The notes under the pieces: model-generated
Seen by the model: the letters and a program-made list of their open reading frames with translations, nothing else
Told to the model about the DNA's origin: nothing
Database searches by the model: none
DNA from: Thermoanaerobaculia bacterium
Lineage (GTDB): Bacteria; Acidobacteriota; Thermoanaerobaculia; Multivoradales; UBA5704
Assembly (NCBI GenBank): GCA_044226625.1
Contig: JBGAGQ010000002.1
Span: 173,086 to 237,085 of the forward strand
Reading direction: 5' to 3'
Length of the DNA stretch: 64,000 bases
Position numbers and translations under genes: made by a program
Shown: positions 57,725 to 64,000 of the stretch, one piece after another
How the letters are laid out: the number at the start of each line of letters is the position of its first letter
Position numbering within the stretch: the stretch's first letter is position 1

Positions 57725-58513
57725 TCAACTCAGGTTGTTGACGATGATCAGGAGGAGGAAGATCACGACGATTGCACCGTTCCACCAGAGCGCGGCCTGC
57801 ATGAGCGCGGTGTTCTTGAGCCGCTTTTCCCGGGAGGCGAGGGCAAGGCCCAGACCGATCACCGCCGGCCAGAAGGTGATCGCGGTGATTCCGACATCGG
57901 CCGCCTCGCTCCCCTCCCCTTCCAACAGCGTCTTGAAAAAGCCGAGGAAAAGCATGCCGACGAAAAGCGTCGACCAAACCGCGAGGCCCAACGCGAGATG
58001 GGAGAGGCTCTTCCGTTTTGCGCTCGGCTCGGAAGTGCTTTGCGCCTCGACGCAAGCGGGGCAGACATGCGTGCCTCCGGGCAGGGCAAAGTCACAGGTT
58101 GCGCAGAGCGGTCGCGCGCACAGGCCACAGCGCACCAGCGCCTCGGATTCGGGATGGTTCGCGCAGCGCTCGTCGAGCATCTTCCGCCGCACGGCCGCAG
58201 CGGCCACGGGGGTGACCGGCAGGAGCGGATGACCGCACACGCACGCGGTCGATTCCGCCGCATTCGACCGTCCGCACTCGGAGCAAAGCTGGGGTTCGAG
58301 CCTCGACTTGGACTGCTCGGCGACACAGTCGCCGCAGTAATCCCAGTTTCCAAGCTCGAACGCGCAGAGGGTACACACCGGTCTGCCGCACGAGGAGCAG
58401 CGAGTGATCGCCGGCCGGCGGGGATGTTCGAAACATTGCAGTGCGCCGGGCGCTGCCGCCGGCGACTCGGCGGCCGGAGGGCTCGTTGCGGGAGAGGCGC
58501 CTTCGATGTCCAT
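57725..58513 (-). CDS. Double B-box-like zinc finger + zinc ribbon + TM protein
   Basis: Two C-x2-HP-x6-C-x2-C-x4-C-x2-C..C-x2-C units, CSEC..CVC ribbon, three C-terminal TM helices. Confidence 0.82.
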   Translation of the reverse strand: MDIEGASPATSPPAAESPAAAPGALQCFEHPRRPAITRCSSCGRPVCTLCAFELGNWDYCGDCVAEQSKSRLEPQLCSECGRSNAAESTACVCGHPLLPVTPVAAAAVRRKMLDERCANHPESEALVRCGLCARPLCATCDFALPGGTHVCPACVEAQSTSEPSAKRKSLSHLALGLAVWSTLFVGMLFLGFFKTLLEGEGSEAADVGITAITFWPAVIGLGLALASREKRLKNTALMQAALWWNGAIVVIFLLLIIVNNLS

Positions 58514-58520
58514 TCGCGCG

Positions 58521-58916
58521 CTACTTCTGACCCAGGCGCGCCATCAGGCCCAGGACCCAGAGGATCAGGCCGACGGCGGCGATCACGAGCGCCGCGGTCG
58601 CTTTGCCGCCCCCGGTGAGGTTCGGGTTGGCGGCGATCTCGCGTTTCGCCTTGAGCGCCTTCGAGATCGCCATCGGTTCCAGGATGATGCCGAAGCAGAA
58701 AATGCCGATGATCGCGGTCTTCAGGGCCTCATCGGCCTCCTTGCAAGGCTCCGTCGCCTGCTCGAAGACGGGGATCCCGCCCGCGAGCGCCGAGACCTTG
58801 CAGGCCCCGCAGAATTTCTGCCCTTTGATCGTCACCAGGCAGTTGCCGCAAAACGGCTCCTGGCATGCGGTACAGCGATCGGCAGCCTCGACCCCGGGAT
58901 GATTTCGACATTCCAT
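58521..58916 (-). CDS. B-box-like zinc finger + DUF4190-like membrane protein
   Basis: MECRNHP..CTAC..FCGNC..FCGAC; 'AISKALKAKREI..GGGKATAALVI'; RBS GAGGAGG. Confidence 0.82.
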   Translation of the reverse strand: MECRNHPGVEAADRCTACQEPFCGNCLVTIKGQKFCGACKVSALAGGIPVFEQATEPCKEADEALKTAIIGIFCFGIILEPMAISKALKAKREIAANPNLTGGGKATAALVIAAVGLILWVLGLMARLGQK

Positions 58917-59024
58917 TGGTTCCCCTCCTCTGTGGAAGCTCACACGGCGAGCGCAGAACGCCCTGTCGCGCCTTGGCGCCGCGCTCCCAAAAAACCAAAC
59001 CCGCTCCTCGAAATGGCTGCCCTG

Positions 59025-59053
59025 AACGTATTCCAGGTCGGGCAGGGAGTCAA
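59025..59053 (-). promoter_or_regulatory. Putative sigma-70 promoter of the ubiquitin-like operon
   Basis: Minus strand TTGACT-N17-TACGTT, about 110 nt upstream of 58916. Confidence 0.55.
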
Positions 59054-59174
59054 TTCGGCAAGTGACGGGTTGCTGCGCCGTTTGGGACCGACTCGGCTCC
59101 TTGAATTTTGGCTTCCTGAGAAGAGGACACCGTTCGTGACCACCCGTTGAGTCTCCTCTAGACTCCGCGCGCGA

Positions 59175-60308
59175 ATGGACCTCGGTGCGACCTTCACGCT
59201 CCTCTCCGGCGGAACCCTGTTCCTCGGGATCTTCCTCGGCGTCTTCCTGTTTACGCAGGGGGGACCGAATGCCCGCTCGCAGCAGATTCTGGGACTCCTG
59301 ATCCTCGCTTGCGCGTTGAACGCCGCGCATCCGGTTCTGGTGCGGACGATGGGGCTCCCGCACGGGGGGCCGAGGCATTTCTTCGAGCCCCTTCAGTTCC
59401 TTCTTGCGCCGCTCATGACGGCGTATGCCGTCTCCCTGCTCGAAGGAGGGTTTCCCTGGCGCGCGCGACATGCGCTCCACCTGCTGCCGGCGGCCTTCGC
59501 GGGGGCGGTGGCGCTGCGATACTCGCTCCACCCCGACGGCTCGTCGTGGATCTCGCTCGGCCTCTGGGGCCTGTTGTCGATCCAGATATTGGCCTATCTC
59601 GTTCCGGCGGTGCGCGTCCTCCGCCGCTATCGGCTCTCGCTCCCTGAACGGGTGTCGAACCTCGATCGGGTCGATCTCGACTGGTTGCGCTGGTTTTATT
59701 TAGTCGTCTTCTCCCTGTGCACGGTGGCCTGGGCGGTTCCGCTGCTCTGGGTCCACCGGATGCCACGGTCGATCCTGAGTCACGGCCTTTCCCTGGCGAC
59801 AACGGCCGCGGTCTGGGTGCTCGGCTACCGCGGACTGCGCCAGAAGATCCCGGACGCCGCCGAGGTCGACCGGTTGGAGCCGTCCCGGGCGGAGGAGCCG
59901 GAGGCGAAGCCGCGCCCTCCCCTGGCGAAACCCGAGGCGCAACGCCTCAAGGCCGCGCTGGTCGACATGCTGGAGACGCGGAAGCCCTATCTCGATCCGG
60001 AGCTCGGGCTCGCCGATCTCGCGCGGCTGCTCGGCACGCCGCGAAACGTCCTCTCGGCGGTGATCAACCAGGAGTTGGGCATGAACTTCTACGATCTGGT
60101 GAACGGCTACCGGGTCCGGGAGTTTCGCGCTCTGCTCGCCGACCCGGAGCGGCGGGAGGAAAAGCTGCTCACCCTCGCCTTCGACGCCGGTTTCAATTCG
60201 AAGCCGACGTTCAACAAGGTGGTGCTCAAGACGACGGGACAGACCCCTTCCCAGCTCCGAGAGGAGGCGATCGAGTCTCGACCGTCCCATCGAGCCCCGG
60301 ATCCCTGA
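59175..60308 (+). CDS. Membrane-bound AraC family transcriptional regulator
   Basis: N-terminal multi-TM region; YLDPELGL, LSAVIN, NFYDLVNGYRV, AFDAGFNSKPTFN. Confidence 0.9.
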   Translation: MDLGATFTLLSGGTLFLGIFLGVFLFTQGGPNARSQQILGLLILACALNAAHPVLVRTMGLPHGGPRHFFEPLQFLLAPLMTAYAVSLLEGGFPWRARHALHLLPAAFAGAVALRYSLHPDGSSWISLGLWGLLSIQILAYLVPAVRVLRRYRLSLPERVSNLDRVDLDWLRWFYLVVFSLCTVAWAVPLLWVHRMPRSILSHGLSLATTAAVWVLGYRGLRQKIPDAAEVDRLEPSRAEEPEAKPRPPLAKPEAQRLKAALVDMLETRKPYLDPELGLADLARLLGTPRNVLSAVINQELGMNFYDLVNGYRVREFRALLADPERREEKLLTLAFDAGFNSKPTFNKVVLKTTGQTPSQLREEAIESRPSHRAPDP

Positions 60309-60403
60309 CCGATCGGGTCTCGATCGATCCGTCCGGACGATCGCCGGCATCCCTCCCCCATAGCTTCGGTCCGCCGCACCGGACCTGGACCATGGGAGCC
60401 ACG

Positions 60404-61102
60404 ATGCCCGCCACGAACCTGATCGAGCTCGAAGCCGTCTCGTTGACCTACGCCGCCGGGAGCGCGGGTTACCCCGCCCTCCACGACGTCTCTCTTTCGA
60501 TCGTCCCCGGCGAGCACGTCGCCGTGATCGGCGCGTCGGGCAGCGGCAAGTCGTCGCTGCTCAACATGATCACCGGGATCGACCGACCCACCCGCGGCCG
60601 GGTCGAGGTCGCGGGAACTCGGATCGACGGCCTTTCCGAAGCGCCCCTCGCGCTCTGGCGCGGCCGGACGGTCGGAATCGTCTTCCAGTTCTTCCAGCTG
60701 ATCCCGAATCTCTCCATTCTCGACAACGTCGTCCTGCCGATGGATTTGGTCGGGGTCGTCCCAAAAGCCGAGCGCCGGTCCCGAGCGCGCGGGCTGCTCG
60801 AGCGGACGGGGATCGCGCCGCAGGCCGAAAAGGTCCCCGCCGAGCTCTCGGGCGGCGAGCAACAGCGGGCCGCGATCGCCCGCGCGCTCGCGAACGATCC
60901 GCCCCTCCTCGTTGCCGACGAACCCACGGGCAACCTGGACAGCGGTAATGCCCGCGCGGTGCTCGACCTCTTCCGTGATCTTGCGGCCAGCGGCAAGACG
61001 GTGATCGTGGTGACCCACGAGCGCAACGCCGGCACCGAATTCGGCCGCGTGGTGACGCTCGAGGACGGCCGGGTCGTCTCCGACGAGCGGAGGGCCTCAT
61101 GA
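60404..61102 (+). CDS. ABC transporter ATP-binding protein (LolD/MacB-like)
   Basis: GASGSGKS, GIVFQFFQL, LSGGEQQR, ADEPTGNLD. Confidence 0.92.
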   Translation: MPATNLIELEAVSLTYAAGSAGYPALHDVSLSIVPGEHVAVIGASGSGKSSLLNMITGIDRPTRGRVEVAGTRIDGLSEAPLALWRGRTVGIVFQFFQLIPNLSILDNVVLPMDLVGVVPKAERRSRARGLLERTGIAPQAEKVPAELSGGEQQRAAIARALANDPPLLVADEPTGNLDSGNARAVLDLFRDLAASGKTVIVVTHERNAGTEFGRVVTLEDGRVVSDERRAS

Positions 61103-63393
61103 GCCCCGAGCTGCTCAAAGCTTGGCGCGACGTCCGGGCCGGCGGCGGCCGATCGCTGCTCGTCGTCTTCGCCCTCGGTCTGGGCCTCTGGGGCGCGGGC
61201 TCGGTGGGCGTGGCCTATCGGATCCTCTCGCACGACCTGCGGCAAAACTTCCTCGCCACCCGGCCGCCGCACGCCGTGGTGACGTTTGCCAAGTCGGGCG
61301 CGCTCGACCTCGCCGCGTTGTCTGCCCGTCCGGAGATCGAGGCGGCGGAATGGCGCGACTTCGCCCTGCTCCGGGTCGAGCGCAGGGCCGATGCGTGGAT
61401 TCCCCTGGCTCTCTACGGCGGCCGGGATTTCGAGCACGCCGGGGTCGCGCGCGTTGTCCGTACCGAAGGGGCCGAACAGCCCAAGCCCGGAGCGATCCGG
61501 ATCGAGAGGAATGGACGGCAGATCTCGGACCTCGGCACTGGAGGCGTCGCGCGAGTCCGGAGCGGTGGGAGAAACGTCGAGGTGCCGATCGATGGCCTGG
61601 TCTTCGATCCGGCCCAGGCGCCTTCGACGCAGGAGCATGCCCTCTACGGCTACACCGACCCCGCGACGTTCGCGACGCTCTCCGGCCAGGAGCCGGGCAA
61701 ACGCCTGCTCATCCGCTGGCGCGGCGTCCGCTCGAAGGTCGAGGTCGAACGGGCGGTGGCAGAGCTTGGAGCCGCATGGAAACCGAGCGGCCCGGAGGTC
61801 GTTTCGGTCTCGATTCCTCCGTTTCTCGAACATCCCCACCAGTGGCAGCTCGACACCTTGATCGGGACCCTCGGAACGATCGGCCTTCTCGCCTTTCTCT
61901 TGAGCTCGGTCCTGGTCAGCCAAGTCGTCGCCGCACTGCTCGCCAAACAGGTCCGGCAGGTGGGCATATTGAAGGCGATCGGCGCCAGCCGCCTGCGCGT
62001 GACCCGGATCTACGCCCTTTACCTTCTCTGTTTCGCCGTCGCCTCCGGTGTGGCGGCGATCCCGCTCGCGGTGGCGACCGGCTACGGCTTCGCTCGCTTC
62101 TGCGCCCGTCTACTGAACTTCGAGATCCTCACCACGCGCCTGCCCGGCGAGACGCTCGGGCTGTTGATCGTCGCCGCGTTCGCCCTCCCCTTTCTGTTCG
62201 CCGGTCCGACGCTTCTCCGCGCCGGGCGGATCAGCGTCCGCGAAGCGCTCGCCGAGCCGCGCCTCCCGCTCCGCCGCCGGCTGTCGAGGCGGGCGGCCGT
62301 CTCGGTGCTCGCCACGGCGCTCGGCGTCGCGATCTTTTCCACCGGATTCAACGTGCGTCAGAGCCTGTTCGAGTTCCTCGCCGCAACCCGCGATTCGATG
62401 CGCTTCGACCTGGAGGTGGGGGTCCGTCAGCCGGTCCCACGCGAGGCACTCTCCCGCGCGTTCGCCGGTGTGCCGGGAATCGAGCGAACGGAAGCGTGGA
62501 GCGGAGGCAAAGGTGGGCTTCCGCCACACAAGGACGGCGAGTCCGCGGAGATCTCGATCGTATCCCTCCCGATTCCGTCTCGGATGGTGGCGCTTCGAAT
62601 GGTCGACGGGCGCTGGCTCGAACCTCGGGAGACCCCGGAAGTCGTTCTGAACCTCGCGGCGCTCGATCGTTTCGGCGTGCCCCGGATCGGCCAGGCGCTC
62701 GAAATCACGATCGGCGGCCAGCCGAGGCGAGTTACGCTCGTCGGAGTCGCCGAGGAGCTGAACTCTCCGAAGGCCTACCTCTCCGAAACGTTTTTCGATC
62801 GCTGGGCGAACCCCGAGCGGCGCGCGAGCACCTTGCTCGTCTCCGCCCGGGACCGAAGCTTTCGCGGCGTGATGGACCTCAAGCGGGAGATCGAGCGGGC
62901 GGTCGCGGCCTCCGATCTCGACGTCGGCCACGTGACCTCGCGCGCCGAGAAGACGGCGATGGTCGCCGCCCACCTGGACATCATCCTGGTGACCCTCTTG
63001 ATCCTCGCGTTCCTCGTTCTCGGCGTGAGCGCGCTCGGTATGGCCTCGGCCACGTCGATCACCGTGCTGGAACGAACCCGCGAGATCGGCGTCCTCCGAG
63101 CGATCGGAGCCACCCCGCGGCGCATCCTCCGTCGCTTCGTCGCCGAGGGCATGAGCGTTCACCTCATCGGCGTCGCCCTCGGCCTTCTTCTCTCTTGGCC
63201 CCTCTCGCGCGCCGCCGCGCTCCTCTTCGGCCGCCTGATGCTCGGCCAGGGCGCCACGCTCCGCCCCGCTTGGAGTCCCTTGGGATTCGCGATCACGACG
63301 GTCGTCTCGATCCTTTTCGGTCTGCTCGCGACGCGGATTCCGGCCGGCGCGGCGGTGAGGATCTCGACACGGGAGGCGCTGGCGTACGAATGA
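61099..63393 (+). CDS. FtsX/MacB-like ABC transporter permease (duplicated)
   Basis: QVGILKAIGA and ERTREIGVLRAIGA motifs; ends REALAYE. Confidence 0.9.
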   Translation: MSPELLKAWRDVRAGGGRSLLVVFALGLGLWGAGSVGVAYRILSHDLRQNFLATRPPHAVVTFAKSGALDLAALSARPEIEAAEWRDFALLRVERRADAWIPLALYGGRDFEHAGVARVVRTEGAEQPKPGAIRIERNGRQISDLGTGGVARVRSGGRNVEVPIDGLVFDPAQAPSTQEHALYGYTDPATFATLSGQEPGKRLLIRWRGVRSKVEVERAVAELGAAWKPSGPEVVSVSIPPFLEHPHQWQLDTLIGTLGTIGLLAFLLSSVLVSQVVAALLAKQVRQVGILKAIGASRLRVTRIYALYLLCFAVASGVAAIPLAVATGYGFARFCARLLNFEILTTRLPGETLGLLIVAAFALPFLFAGPTLLRAGRISVREALAEPRLPLRRRLSRRAAVSVLATALGVAIFSTGFNVRQSLFEFLAATRDSMRFDLEVGVRQPVPREALSRAFAGVPGIERTEAWSGGKGGLPPHKDGESAEISIVSLPIPSRMVALRMVDGRWLEPRETPEVVLNLAALDRFGVPRIGQALEITIGGQPRRVTLVGVAEELNSPKAYLSETFFDRWANPERRASTLLVSARDRSFRGVMDLKREIERAVAASDLDVGHVTSRAEKTAMVAAHLDIILVTLLILAFLVLGVSALGMASATSITVLERTREIGVLRAIGATPRRILRRFVAEGMSVHLIGVALGLLLSWPLSRAAALLFGRLMLGQGATLRPAWSPLGFAITTVVSILFGLLATRIPAGAAVRISTREALAYE

Positions 63394-63641
63394 GGGGTTT
63401 CCGCGGGGTGGCTCCGCGGACCGCACCTCTCAAATCGATATCGCGGGCCCGCGTTCGCGATCTCCAGCCGATCGGAAGCCTTCCGGCCGATCCCCGCCTC
63501 GTCTAGACTCCCCGCAGATCGAGTCGGCCAACAGTTCCGCAGGACGGTCTTCGCCGGAGAAATCGCGCGGGAGCGGGCTAAGGCTCCGCTGTCGCGCTCG
63601 AGGTGTCGAATCGTCGACCGAGGAGAGAGGAGAGGGTTGCG

Positions 63642-64000
63642 ATGGCGGAACGGAAGAGCCGTGCCGAACTGATCCAGCAAGACATGCGGGACCTCCACCG
63701 TCTGGGCTACGCCCAACAGCTGTTTCGCGAGATGGGGGGCTTTTCGAACTTCGCGATCTCCTTCTCGATCATCTCGATCCTGACCGGAGCCATTCTGTTG
63801 TTCGGCTTTGGGCTGCGTTTCGCCGGGCCAATCATCAACACCGTGGGCTGGCCGGTGGTCAGCCTGTTCGTGATGGTGATCGCGGCTTCGATGGCCGAGC
63901 TCGCTTCGGCCTATCCGACCGCAGGGGGGCTCTACTTCTGGGCGCACCGCCTCGGCGGGCCGAAGTGGGCGTGGACCACCGCCTGGTTCAACATGATCGG
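63642..64000 (+). CDS. Amino acid permease (APC family), partial
   Basis: Manual translation gives LGYAQQLFREMGGFSNFAISFSIISILTG..MAELASAYPTAGGLYFW; runs off the window end. Confidence 0.88.
   Translation, partial: MAERKSRAELIQQDMRDLHRLGYAQQLFREMGGFSNFAISFSIISILTGAILLFGFGLRFAGPIINTVGWPVVSLFVMVIAASMAELASAYPTAGGLYFWAHRLGGPKWAWTTAWFNMI

Overview
High-GC bacterial chromosome segment. Gene content and style (fused LptC/LptA, CarD, secreted proteins with a C-terminal 'PCRLIDTR...NVT' domain, TPR Ser/Thr kinases) suggest Acidobacteriota; this is inference. Housekeeping blocks are rpoN-lptB-lptC/A-recJ-accA, priA-carD-tRNA-Leu, dnaB (with a LAGLIDADG intein)-alr-mlaEFD, RegB/RegA with a copper-chaperone operon, tdh-kbl and an ABC exporter. 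Two accessory systems stand out. (1) 52.6-58.9 kb: an eight-gene, largely membrane-anchored, eukaryote-like ubiquitination operon: B-box proteins, Ubl, E1, JAMM peptidase, FHA membrane protein, RING-TM E3 and HPN-type E2. (2) 21.8-30.8 kb: an FHA-like sigma-54 activator, two paralogous membrane Ser/Thr kinases with TPR domains, and three small proteins with four domains each ending in DP[TS]I[LA][VI][ED]PP. Two of the small-protein units lie behind sigma-54 promoters that share CGAC-N2-GTCG palindromes, suggesting a closed signalling circuit. Also present: two 12 x 21-bp intergenic arrays, two toxin-antitoxin modules (one flanked by a duplicated gene 3' end) and REP-like palindromes. All calls come from reading motifs by eye; no database search was run.
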